From positions 7,332,494 to 7,396,493 of the forward strand of contig CM119263.1 in assembly GCA_051294375.1 (NCBI GenBank): DNA of 64,000 nucleotides. The letters run 5' to 3'. Every line of letters starts with the position of its first letter. The stretch's first letter is position 1. The translations under genes were made by a program, and so were the position numbers. Origin of the DNA: Paraspadella gotoi (lineage: Eukaryota; Animalia; Chaetognatha). This document shows positions 13,301-26,758 of the stretch, piece by piece. The notes below the pieces were generated by a model. The model made no database searches and was not told where the DNA came from. It saw only the letters and a list, made by a program, of their open reading frames with translations.

Positions 13301-15335
13301 CAGCCAACTCTGAAAACGCGGTATCCATTTCAGACTGCAGTTTGTTCACTTTTTCCCTCTCGTGCTCATACTCTCCTATTGGGAAAGGGGAGAGGAAGCG
13401 GATATAAGGGTTAGTCACAGCAAACGACTCACCTTGGAAGTCTTAACTTGTAACGAGGAGCTCAGTGGCATAATATTTAGTTGTTATGTTTAATAATGTT
13501 TATAAAAATTTGATTAATATTTAGTTATTCGAAAGTTGACTGAATTACAATCTGTCGACTTACGTTCGACTTTGTCCACTTGTTTTTGCAGAATTTCAAC
13601 CTGCCTTTCCGCCTGATCTGCTCTTTCTTCTGTCTGTAGATGGCGAATGGATCGGAGTCGTAAAACGTGACATGCATAAAAACAAAGGCAACTGCAGTAA
13701 GAACCATGCGATAATTTTTCTCGATCAAAAGTTGGGGAAAATTTAGTTGGGCTTGGGTTAAGAAAACGGGCGAACTTACCCCGATTCTGGCCGTAAATTT
13801 TACTCAAATGATAGAAAATGAGTAGTGATATCTACGAACTTAAGATTCAATCATTCATCGACAATCATTCCTCCTTAGTATCATTTCAAGTGGTCTAGTT
13901 TTACTAATTAAAACATCATGCAAAAAAAATACAAATATTGCCACTTCAAATGAAAACCAAATAATAAAAAATAATGAAAAAAGGTTTGAAGGGAATAGAG
14001 AGAGAAGTCGGCAGTAAAGAGAGAAAAAATAGAGAAAAGAAGGGAGCTGTAAGGGGAGATAAAGAAAACAGGCGCGAAAGAAGAAAAAGAAGAGAGAAGA
14101 GAGAGAGAGAGAGAGAGAACAAGGGAGACGGTTGACGAATAAGGGGGGAGAAAAGGGGGAAGAGAAAGAGGGCATCCTTCGCGACGCGGAATGCGATACC
14201 TTCGAGTTTATCACATTCCTTCTGTAGTTTTCCGGTTTGGCGCTCGCCCTCAGCGGCGCGAGCTTCAGCCTGTTTGAGAATTAGTGAAATAAAAAGGGCA
14301 ACGGAGTCGGAACAGTGAGTGACAGTCACAACAGACACGGCACAACCATGAATTTAATTTTAACGGTTGATAGATGGAGAGAGATTGACAAAAAGAGTAT
14401 GAGGATGTTATGTAAAATTTAAATATAATCTAAATTAAACTAAATCTTCAAAGTCAGGGCAAGAAACCCGTTACCCATTTTAATAAATGAATGGATAAGT
14501 TTATATTGGTGGTGCTAATTTCATTCAAAAAAATGTTGGTACGAAACCATAAGAAAAATTCACTGCAAAGAAAAACGTTGTTTAAAAAAAAAAACGTCAG
14601 CACGGCAAGAACGCCCAGCGGATTGCGGGACTCACGTCCTTGAACCGCCGTGCTTGAGATCGCGGATAGTCTCCTCGTAGGATTCCTCGCGAGAAAGAGC
14701 CTGTGAAAGAAGAGGCGAGTGTATAGTGAAAGGATTGGGTGACACTTACGCGACCGAGACGAGCCGTCAAGTCACGGGATCGAGAATTCGTACGCAATCT
14801 TCGCGACAATTCGCCTAATGAGAAGGCGGGGGTAGAACGTTTAGAACTTAACTTAACTTTTAAATGACCAACAATACTTCAATCTGTTGCTCGTTTATAG
14901 CGGTGATTAAATACGTTTCGTTGATATGAGTCAATATTTTACTTATCATCTTACGTAATTCTGGCTTTCTTTAGGAAACAACTGATAAACAGAGGAAAAA
15001 AATCAAGCAACAAGAAACAAAAAATGTCAGTTCTCACCTCAGCCTCGGAGAGACCTCCAATGATTTCATGTTGTTGCCGACAACCTTCAACTCTTCTCCA
15101 ACTCTTGAATCTTTCTGTTGGCGATAAGACGAAGCAAATAAATATATAAAATCTGGCACATTTATTCACTTTCACTTCAAAGACGCAATCGTTCTCTTAT
15201 GCAAAAATCAATCGAACTCACCTTCTCGCGTGCTCTGCCGCTCCTCAGCCCGCCTCAAATCGCCTCCAGCACAACGACCTTACGCGCCAGCCTTCATGTG
15301 CAAATGGGATGGAGGACACCACGGCAAATGCATGC

Positions 15336-15385
<50 letters not shown>

Positions 15386-15426
15386 GAGAGGTAGTGTGTT
15401 AGATAAATTACAAGATCGAAATCACG

Positions 15427-15461
<35 letters not shown>

Positions 15462-18400
15462 GGCTAGGAATATAAGAAGTTAGTTAAACATGTCTTAACA
15501 AAAGTAAAGAGAAAGACTGTGAGGAGCTGAACAATTAACAGACTTGACAAACTTTATCGTTAGTAAATTTATTACGCAATGTTTGAAAACTTATCCAAAA
15601 TCTATATGTTAATTAAATAGCTCTGCTCACTGTTCCATTGGCTAGTTGCAAAAGACAAAAATAATTTTTCAAATATTTCGTTATTCATTTCGATGGCCAT
15701 CGACCAATCCTTCAAGTTCTCATTCTTAGTCCGGATTACTTTTTTATAGATTTGAGTTAAAAAGGTAGAAGGTAGAATACTTCATCCGGATTAAGACACG
15801 CGATGTGAAAGGAATTCGATCGTTGACGTCACCCTTCAGAAATAACACTTTCAATATATCACTTTATTTATTAACGACTGATATTGTTTAAAATAATTAA
15901 CCAGCCAATGACGTCACGGCAATACTAAAAATTTAACCAATGACGTCACAGCAAACCACAAAATTTCAGCCAATGAAAATGGTTTACGGGAATTTTTCAG
16001 AGCGAACGGACCCCAGAAGACTATTAAAATACTCGACATCGAAAACGTAACTAATGAAATTTTTCAACTGATGAAATTGAAAACCATTTTTTTCGAAGAA
16101 AAATAGCCTTCTCGCGCCATCCTTCCTCTGAAAAAGAATCCCGATTTGCCACTCACGCCTCAGCGTCGTCAGCGCGTTGTTCCGCGCGCTCCAGGTCGAC
16201 CTCCAACATTGCCAGGCGCCTGGACGCCTGTCAATCACCAAAACGAGTGTGAGAAATAAGCTAATATTTAAACGAAATAGGCGTGCAAGTAAGGAAGAAG
16301 CTGCAAACGACAATAACTATAATTTAATTCTTACGTTTGCGGTCTCCTTCGTGGACGTGCCAGGTTATCTAGATGTGTCGGCTTATCTAGACGACGTGCA
16401 GTGATGCGGAAAACGAAAAATGTGACGCTATGCTAAACGGAAAAAAATACGCGAAGAACGTGCAAAAATAACGAGGCGTGCAAATTCTCCGAAGGTTTTT
16501 TTGTTTTAACAAGAACTTGATTGAATTCTATGGATTGTTAGAGTCTCGTAAAAACAGAATATAACAGTTGAAAACTTAAAAACTATAAATCGTCCCACTC
16601 ATGACAACTTCCGCATAATTCGAAGTGGGCGGTGGTCGTCAAAACGCAGCATGCGATACATTTTTTTTTCGCTGATAATTCTTTCCAAGATGCTCTTCAT
16701 TTTTAAACATTATTTCGTCGGTCAAAAATCTGAGTCGGCACAGCAAATTTTTTTTGACATGCTATTAGTGTCTTTTTTTAGCCAGCCTTGATGCTGCATT
16801 TTCTGTGTGGGTTCTTTGCGAGTTTTTACAAACAGATCGCTCGTTGGCTTTTAATTTTTCTAATATCAAAACTAAAGAGGTGCTTAGGTTTTTCCGGTGC
16901 TGCGAGTTTCACCTCAAAAATTTACTAATTTTAAACAATTGATACTTATACTAAAAAAACTTTCAAATTAAAAATAAGTGAGTGACTGTACCTCTTTCAC
17001 TAAAGGGTATAAGATTAGGGACGGATCGTCCGAGAGACACTCTTCCTTAATCGTTTCTAAGGAATTTGACGCTGAGGGAAACTCCTGTCCTTCCTTGTCT
17101 CTCTCACGTAAATGGGACGTTGTCCTGCGGAAGAATGATCCGCTTGAATGAGATCAACTCGATCGATTTATTCTTTCAAATAAACATTTTGTATTTCCTA
17201 ATATTTATAATTTTGGATTATTTTTGGTAAATTTCGGCGTGAAGAAAAAAAAAACTCGCAACAGGAAACCCCTATACGGGATGCTGTCTCAAAAGAGGCA
17301 ATGAGCTGCACGTAAAATAAGCGAACAGGCCGGCTTTGCGCACGGCCATGACGAAGAGATTTGGGAAGAGACGATGCTCGGACGCGGCCTCCGTCCATTG
17401 GCGTCTCTAAAAACGGTTCCCCTAACGCCTAACACTCGTCGTATTTTCTGTCAGAGTCCTCGCGATCATCTGCGCCTCTTTGAAGGGAGAGTTCCAACGC
17501 GGCGATGCGCTCGTCATTGGAAGCCTCAAGTTCTCAAGCACTTTGCGACCTCTGACGAGTTAGGGACGGGGTGTTTTGTTTTTGTTTTTTGGATAAAGGA
17601 GAACGTAGCAAAAAAAAACTCAGCGAGGCAAAAATAATTGCAATTACTAAACGCTCCCGACTGTCCACTCCCCCATTACTCAGATTTCTATTGCATTCGA
17701 AAGATCTAGCGTTGTAGACCGAACAAAAAAGATTAGTTGTAACAAGAATTACAATAATATTAGTCAAACGAAAAAAATAACCCTAAAATTTCGTGCCAAA
17801 CGCGCGATATTAAAGCCGGCACAACCCACAGAGAAACCCACTGGCGAGAAACATCAAGACTGCGACCTTAGTTTTTTCTTCTGTGCTCTACAAAACTCGA
17901 TCCGTTTCACACTCCGAAGCTTTGGCGTCCTTTAACTACAAGTTAGTCAGCTATTCCGTCCGGAAAGCTTGGAGACAAGTACTGACTCCTGTCTCCAATG
18001 GATACCTCGTCGTATTTTCGATCTGAATCTTTCCGCGATCATCTGAGCCTCCATCAATTGAGTCTCCAGAGAAGCGATGCGCTCCTCATCCAAGAAGCTT
18101 CGGTTTTCTAGAACCTTGCGTCCTCTGATGGAGACACGCCAAATTAAATGTAGAACTCGGAGGGAAAAATTGACTCATTAATACACTAGCAATTATGAAG
18201 ATATCTTATTAGGTCAGTCTCAAAGCTCAAAGAACTACATTTTCTTTAGATTTAACAGAATATCAAGATTTGTACATCAAGAACGGTCCCAATGATAAGC
18301 CACTTTCACTCACTATTTTTATAACTAATGCTTGTCAGAAAATGTCGAATAACCTGCGAAAAATTTGTCAGCCAAATAGAAATATTTTTATTAATTAATT

Positions 18401-21020
18401 TATAATCTCATATTGGCTGCATGCGGATAAACGCCTTTTACTCTTATAAGCATATACTCCATGAAAGATAGTTTAGACTTTTTGTTTTACATGCTGGTTT
18501 CCCAACTATGTATGATTAAGGATTTGAGTTATTTGTTTGTCGTGAAATCAAATAAGAATTCATCATGTAGAAAAAACTAAAATAATTATTAACTTTTTTG
18601 CTGTCCCAGAATTACAGAAAGAAAAGGGAGATTGAAAGAAAAAAAATTTGGATGGGAAATTAAAAAGAAAACTAGGTAGGAGAGAAAATTTTTTTTCCAT
18701 TTAAGATTTTAGAACAATTTAACTGAAAAGAGAAAAATTATAAGGAAGGAGACAATAATTGAGAAGAATTCACTTCAGAGTGAAGAAAGAAAAATAAAAT
18801 AGAATAAATAAATAAAAATAAATAAAATAAATAGAAGAGATAAGGAGGAAATCCTCTACCTCCTCGTATTTTTTGGCGGAATCTTCAGCGATGACTGTCT
18901 TTTTCTGAATTTCTGCATCCAAACTCGAAATCTGTTTCTTCCAAAGCGTCATTCCGTTTGTCCAAAACTTTTCGCGCTCTAAGTTATTCAGTTTTGGGTT
19001 TTGAAAAAATTTTATAATAAAAATTACCTTATTCCATTTCAATCATCACCCTTGGTTTTTGGTCATTAAAGTTAGTTCACCAATTGTTCAAGTGTAAATC
19101 AAAGCACCGTTGAAGCTGTCGACATGTATGCTTAGATTAAATTGAGGGATAGTGGTTTGGCCCCAAGAATTTCGCTAAAGATACCAGTGTGAAAACGTAG
19201 ATTGGTATAGATTTGGAGAAAGCAAGGGATGCGAATTACTAAGCCATTAGAAAGGGCCTTCACTGTACCTCTTGATATTTTTTGTCTGAATCTTCTATTA
19301 ATTGTTTTGAATCTTTGAGTTGAATCGCAACTGCCTCAATTTTCATCCTCATGTATGCGAGTAGTTTTTTTCCAAATTTCTCCTTCCCCTACAATAATTA
19401 TAATAACCATGGTTGCACATTCAATAATCAGTTTGTATTAGAATACTTTCAGGTAAACTTAACCGATATATAGCCTAATGCTAAAAGGAAATATAAAACA
19501 ATGAAGAACAATTAAGCTCAAAATTAAAAAGAAATCGTCGGAACGAAAAATAGAGAATGAATCGATACGTAGCGGACAAGGAATATCAATTGTTAACAGG
19601 AATACAAGGTATATAATGTAAGACTGGATCTGTGGTGCTTGTCTGTGTGTTCATTGCAAGTGGCTGTAGTGAAATGAGTTGGAAAAGAAAATAGGAGATT
19701 CTTTGCTTTACTGCTAAGTAAGCAATTGCGACGTCTGCACTAACCTGCATCATTAATACCACATACCTCTTCATACTTTCTATTCACTTCTTCTGCTATA
19801 AATTTGGCCTCTTTTAGTTTGAAGAGCACAAAATATCTATTCGATCTTCCAAATATTTGCGAGCCGTTATCCAACAGCTTTGCGTTGCATTGGACAGCTA
19901 GTAAAGGATTTTCAAGTGACAGAGTTAGATAATAGATAAAAAAAAAGAAACAATGAATTTTTTTTCTCGCAACGCTGAATCAACAACGAAAGCATTAAGC
20001 TTTGAGACATTCAGACATAAGTCACCTTTACTTGTAACCAGTCTGACAACTGAAGTCAGCATAAAGGGAAATAATATCAATCCCACTTCCGTCCAGCGTA
20101 CTCTCGACTCCGGTCGGCTTGGCTTTTGACGGTTCCTCCAGCCTTCTCCGACGCGATCTGAAGACGCTTCTTTCGCGCATTCTCAAGTCCTCCTCAACCA
20201 AACTGGCATTCGGCGTTGAAGAGCGGAGACCTCGCCTCGGCCCCTCGGAGTGGGTTTGTGGCAGGAAATGGGTGGCATGTTTGGAAGATAAGGAGGGGAG
20301 AGGAACGGAAACTAGATTGAGGATGAATTTTTGTTTTCATAAGGGTTTTATTCTTACAGATCAAGAATTTCAATGTGCTGCTTTGACAGTTCCTCGTTTC
20401 CAATTGGATAATTTTTCGTCTTTCTTACTTTCTCTTCTCTTTTTCTAGTCTGTGTTTTCTCGGTCAATCGACGCTCTTTCACAAAACTACGCGAAAACCG
20501 AATAAAGAAAATTAAAAAATTTTCAAAAGGATTTGGTGACTTAGGGCTTTTTTCTTTATTCCTTCTTTGAATCCCTTTTATGTCTCTCTTCAAAAAAATA
20601 GTCAATCTTTGCAGTTCTGTATTCATAAATCATTCTATAAGGTTTTTACCAGAATTTTAAGAGATGAAAATCCTCTGGTTTAAATTTAGGAGGTTCTTGC
20701 TAATATTCTGCGGCGAATATTAATTTTCTTACTTCGAGTCGATCTCGGCAATAAACTCTGAAATCGCCGAGCTGTTTATCCTTGAAGGAGGTCTTATAAA
20801 CATTCTAGGCTTTTTATTCAAGATGTATACCAAGTTCTAAAAATCCCTGGTTCGCGAAGGAAAACTGCCACAAAAAAATTAAGAAACCGTAGATTTGAAT
20901 TTCGATTCGATTCTTTAACATGAAAAAAAAATTCCGAGCCAACAAGTCATGTCACAGAGTCGAACAAAGATTAGTATTTGATCTTTAAAACAATTACCTC
21001 AACTAGAAGCCAATCTAATT
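10345..21020. repeat. ~10.7 kb tandem duplicate of 21672-32306 (probable assembly artefact)
   Basis: Collinear and nearly identical, introns included. It begins at a 25-N gap. Differences are mostly 1-nt indels, which increase toward 21 kb. Confidence 0.93.
10811..20245 (-). pseudogene. Duplicate tropomyosin exons 3-9 with frameshifting indels (likely a false duplicate rather than a real pseudogene)
   Basis: Exons 9b (10811-10893), 9a (13293-13375), 8b (13564-13633) and 8a (14200-14269) are intact. Exon 7b (14636-14700) is 65 nt instead of 63. Exons 7a, 6, 5b, 4a-e and 3 carry indels relative to the other copy. No exon 1 or 2 is present. Confidence 0.75.
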
Positions 21021-22017
21021 GATCTCCTCTTTTTAGCTTAAAATCAGGTGAATTGAAGATAAGAATAAAACTGTTTGGCTTTTATCGCGTGCATAAAAAC
21101 TTGTTTTGAAAACCTCCACGACGCCTTGTACTTATTGTAGTTGTTGTACTTGTACTTGTTGTAGTTGCTTAAATTTTTTTTCTTCATTGTATATAAAANN
21201 NNNNNNNNATGATAAAAGTTATTCTCGATGGAAAATACAGGGGGTGGGGAACCTATATCGAGACAACATTTAAAAATTTTAAAAATCATAAAATCTTAAT
21301 GATTTTGAAAATCTAAATAGATTTTAGTATTCTTCCTTAGCTTTTAGACGATGTATTAATTGTTTTGAAATTCTTTGATATTATGCTTTTTTTGATGCAG
21401 CAAAGTAAACTGCCCGGTTTTCTCCGCGCGTTTTGAAAAAAAAAAGTTTGAATACTTATTTTTAAATCTCATTCTAATACATAACAGTTAAAATATTTTT
21501 GGAAGTACTTATTTGTAATATAATAACGCTTCTAGCAAGGTATACACTGTACAAGTGAACATGGTATTTGGTTACAAAAAATATAAAGTAAGCAGGTAAG
21601 ATTTGGGTAAGTTACTGTATGGTTTAATTTTTATTAAAGCTTAATTTTATCAAGAAATTTATTAACGATATTGTCAGATAATTAAATTAATCATGTAAGA
21701 TTTCTGAATGCATAATAAAAGTGTCCAAAAGGAAAGAAATTCATAAAGTTATTGACAATTTAATCATATTCATCATAATCTTCCTAAAATTTTGCTTTAC
21801 TTACTTGAAAAAAAAATTAAATAGGGTTAATTTGGATAGCGATGAAAAGCTTAAAATCAGGTGAATTGAAGATAAGAATAAAACTGTCATGTGAAGAATA
21901 TTAACAAGTTTGGCTTTTATCGCGTGCATAAAAACAACTTGTTTTGAAAACCTCCACGACGCCTTGTAGTTGCTCAAATTTTTTTTTTCATTGTATATAA
22001 AATAAAAAGCCACTCAT

Positions 22018-22023
22018 TTTATT
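22018..22023 (-). terminator. Candidate polyadenylation signal (AATAAA) for exon 9b
   Basis: AATAAA on the minus strand about 120 nt after the stop, followed by GT/T-rich sequence. The hexamer is common in AT-rich DNA. Confidence 0.45.
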
Positions 22024-22145
22024 GTATCAGTATCTCAAATCGTTCAGAAAGGGCAGAACGTTGTTTTGTCTCGATATAGGGTCCCACCCCTGTATGTCAT
22101 ATATCTTCTGTTTGAAGCCCAATCGGTTGACAGAATCCTCACCGA

Positions 22146-22228
22146 TCAATATCCGGAGAGTTCGTTGAAGGCACGTTCCAGCTCGTCGCAGATGGCCTTG
22201 TACTTGTCCGATTCCGACACGAGATCGG
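22146..22228 (-). CDS. TPM: Tropomyosin alternative terminal exon 9b (muscle-type ..ELSGY*)
   Basis: 83 nt, [27 protein letters not shown]; cag acceptor. Confidence 0.95.
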
Positions 22229-25200
22229 CTGCGAGGTAAAAAATGATTGGGGAAGGGAAAAATAATCAGACTTGCATTTTGGTTTTGACCACATCGAAAG
22301 TGAACCAAAAAGTTTTGTATTTTGGGGTACCTTAACGACGAATGCAATCCGGATGGATGGATGTGATGCAAAACGGATGCGGGATTTCACTCAGATTTCA
22401 CGGGGTTTTTTTTTCACTCTCGAGACTGCGTGCGTATCACGCGTATAACGTGTGCGCGCGCACGAATCGCGAGTTGGGAAAGGTTCGACTCAAACATGCG
22501 TGTCAACGTGCAAAATTCAGGGTCGTTCATCTCTTTGGTGTTTTACATAGTTGACATTTTTACAATTAAATAATAGCTTTCACTCTAATTCTATTTAAAT
22601 AAAATACTGCTGGATTTTAAAAAAATAAATCCTTAATATCCCGACATCTCGTTGAAAGTGGATTCTAATTCGAGGCAGATGCTTTTGTATTTTTCCACCC
22701 ATTGCATTAATTCCGCTGAAAAGGGGATCAATTTAAATAATTAATGGGTTAGACGAGTCAACTTTTTAACCAGTAAAGCTCAATCGAATGAACAACAGAG
22801 TAAAACAAAAACGCAACTGTTTTGAGCCTTGGGCCATAAGAGGACTCTCGACAAGGCTTTTTATCAATCTTGGGCAAAAAACGGACAAAAACCAAGATTT
22901 GAAAACCAACTTTTTTTAAAATAAATTAATATTCCGTGCACCTAATAGCAGTTGTAATTTTATCACCATTCATTGAATATTAAATTAATCATCACTCAAA
23001 CGCTTCAAACATTCTTAGCAACAATTTGAAATGACGTTCACCTTACCTTTTAAACCTACCGCTTATAAGTCTATTGAAAGTTGGTTGAGTTTTAACTAAT
23101 CAACACGGCACAGCAATGAAAAATTAATATTTCAAGACAAAAGAATCTGATAGTTGTTTTATTAATTAATGATAAGCGAATGTTTCACCTTGTAAGATGA
23201 AAAAACAAGATTATCTAGATAATTGTCGGTTTAAAAAAACACTACGAATCTCATTTGAATTAATTGTGCCAGAAACGTCGGAAAAAAAAAAATTTACAAC
23301 CCACAATCTAGGCACGATAATGATAATAATATATTTCTTTGAAAAAGTCGCCATAAATTCATTTTAATTTAGGATTATTTAAAGGACAGCGCAGGTCCTA
23401 AGCGCGCATTTATTTTTATTCACACCGATGGGAGCGAAAATCCCCAGTGCGACAGACAGTTTCTTCTGCATGCTCGTAAATAATAATAATAATCATGAAA
23501 GTAAAAGCTCATGAGATTATAATGAATCTTACAATTGCAAAAAAAAACAAGGCTTGCTATTAAAAATCATTTAACCGATGAAGCAGACTTACGAAAGCAA
23601 GAGAACAGACAATTACACACAAAAAAAAAATATGGCATCATAAATATGACTAAGATGATTGGCTGCGCCGAAATGGCGTGCTTTCTTTCCATGGGTGACC
23701 ACTACTCATATTTATTCTGATCATGACCTTTAATACTCATGGAATGTGTTAATTTCCACATCGCCCGGTAAAAATATATATTTTTGAATATTGAACAGCC
23801 AAATAAAAATGAAAAACCTCACCACCCACCAAGCTCTTTTATATCGAAAGCAACAAAACGAGAAAAAAAAAATTTACAAGAGTCGATTTTTGGGCGTCGA
23901 AAGGTAAGAGGCTTTGGAAATAAAGCTTAACTTCTCACACATTTTTTTATTCCATTCAACAAATTACATTCGTATCACATTGGTAAAAGCCTTTAAATTG
24001 ATTTATCTCCGTTCAAAAATAATGCAAGCCTCGTAAGCGAATGTTAAAAAAGGAAGCACATTTAAGATTCGCCTCTTATCTCACATTATGTACAAATTTT
24101 ATCGCTATAAAATTAAAAAAAAAAAGAAAAACCCGCTCGAAGACGCTGCGACGATGCTACCCAGCACCTAGCTGCTGCGGTGGATTCAGTTTTCAAAACG
24201 CGATCAATGATTAAAAAAATACATAATACATATTAAAGAATTCTTAATGAAGTATTGCAATGAAAACAAAGGTTTGATAAGTCGAGGCAACCGTCGAAAG
24301 GCAGGAACCGAAACTATTAAATGGTCTTTTCGGTGACCAAATTGTTACGGAGGAACATCTATAAAGATACATTTTTTAACGTTAAATTAAAAAGGTAAAA
24401 CTTTTAAAATTCTAAATTCTTTGAAAATTATTAAAGAAAAGAATGAATTTATTTTTAGTTATGTTTAGATGTTCTAATACGAAAACGATTTCCCGCGCGC
24501 GCAAACAAGTCTCGACACGCGCGCGACCACCGACGCCGCCGCAACTTTCATCGTTTTGGTGTTTAATTTTTTTTTTTTTTTTGTCTTGGTTTTCGTTGTC
24601 TTCGCGGAGAAGCGAGCGGGCGAGCGAGAAAGGAAAGACGTTACATTTCAGCCAACTCTGAAAACGCGGTATCCATTTCAGACTGCAGTTTGTTCACTTT
24701 TTCCCTCTCGTGCTCATACTCTCCTATTGGGAAAGGGGAGAGGAAGCGGATATAAGGGTTAGTCACAGCAAACGACTCACCTTGGAAGTCTTAACTTGTA
24801 ACGAGAGCTCAGTGGCATAATATTTAGTTGTTTAATAATGTTTATAAAATTTGATTAATATTTAGTTATTCGAAAGTTGACTGAATTACAATCTGTCGAC
24901 TTACGTTCGACTTTGTCCACTTGTTTTTGCAGAATTTCAACCTGCCTTTCCGCCTGATCTGCTCTTTCTTCTGTCTGTAGATGGCGAATGGATCGGGAGT
25001 CGTAAAACGTGACATGCATAAAAACAAAGGCAACTGCAGTAAGAACCATGCGATAATTTTTCTCGATCAAAAGTTGGGGAAAATTTAGTTGGGCTTGGGG
25101 TTAAGAAAACGGGCGAACTTACCCCGATTCTGGCCGTAAATTTTACTCAAATGATAGAAATGAGTAGTGATATCTACGAACTTAAGATTCAATCATTCAT

Positions 25201-26669
25201 CGACAATCATTCCTCCTTAGTATCATTTCAAGTGGTCTAGTTTTACTAATTAAAACATACATGCAAAAAAATACAAATATTGCCACTTCAAATGAAAACC
25301 AAATAATAAAAAATAATGAAAAAAGGTTTGAAGGGAATAGAGAGAGAAGTCGGCAGTAAAGAGAGAAAAATAGAGAAAAGAAGGGAGCTGTAAGGGGAGA
25401 TAAAGAAAACAGGCGCGAGAAAAAAAAAAGAAAGAGAGAGAGAGAGAGAGAGAACAAGGGGAGACGGCTTGACGAATAAGGGGGGAAAAAGGGGGAAGAG
25501 AAAGAGGGCATCCTTCGCGACGCGGAATGCGATACCTTCGAGTTTATCACATTCCTTCTGTAGTTTTCCGGTTTGGCGCTCGCCCTCAGCGGCGCGAGCT
25601 TCAGCCTGTTTGAGAATTAGTGAAATAAAAGGGCAACGGAGTCGGAACAGTGGAGTGACAGTCACAACAGACACGGCACAACCATGAATTTAATTTTAAC
25701 GGTTGATAGATTGAGAGAGATTGACAAAAAGAGTATGAGGATGTTATGTAAAATTTAAATATAATCTAAATTAAACTAAATCTTCAAAGTCAGGGCCAAG
25801 AAACCCGTTACCCATTTTAATAAATGAATGGATAAGTTTATATTGGTGGTGCTAATTTCATTCAAAAAAATGTTGGTACGAAACCATAAGAAAAATTCAC
25901 TGCAAAGAAAAACGTTGTTTAAAAAAAAAAACGTCAGCACGGCAAGAACGCCCAGCGGATTGCGGGACTCACGTCCTTGAACCGCGTGCTGAGATCGCGG
26001 ATAGTCTCCTCGTAGGATTCCTCGCGAGAAAGAGCCTGTGAAAGAAGAGGCGAGTGTATAGTGAAAGGATTGGGTGACACTTACGCGACCGAGACGAGCC
26101 GTCAAGTCACGGATCGAGAATTCGTACGAATCTTCGCGACAATTCGCCTAATGGAGAAGGCGGGGGTAGAACGTTTAGAACTTAACTTAACTTTTAAATG
26201 ACCAACAATACTTCAATCTGTTGCTCGTTTTAGCGGTGATTAAATACGTTTCGTTGATATGAGTCAATATTTTACTTATCATCTTACGTAATTCTGGCTT
26301 TTCTTTAGGAAAACAACTGATAAACAGAGGAAAAAAATCAAGCAACAAGAAACAAAAATGTCAGTTCTCACCTCAGCCTCGGAGACCTCCAATGATTTCA
26401 TGTTGTTGCCGACAACCTTCAACTCTTCCTCCAACTCTTGAATCTTTCTGTTGGCGATAAGACGAAGCAAATAAATATATAAAATCTGGCACATTTATTC
26501 ACTTTCACTTCAAAGACGCAATCGTTTTCTTATGCAAAAATCAATCGAACTCACCTCTCGGCGTGCTCTGCCCGCTCCTCAGCCCGCTCCAAATCGCCTT
26601 CCAGCACAACGACCTTACGCGCCACCTTCATGTGCAAATGGGATGGAGGACACCACGGCAAATGCATGC

Positions 26670-26758
<89 letters not shown>

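Noticed and set aside
10345-21020. Second tropomyosin paralog in tandem
   Set aside because: Introns are nearly identical, differences are mostly indels, exons 1-2 are missing and it borders a gap; a false duplication fits better.
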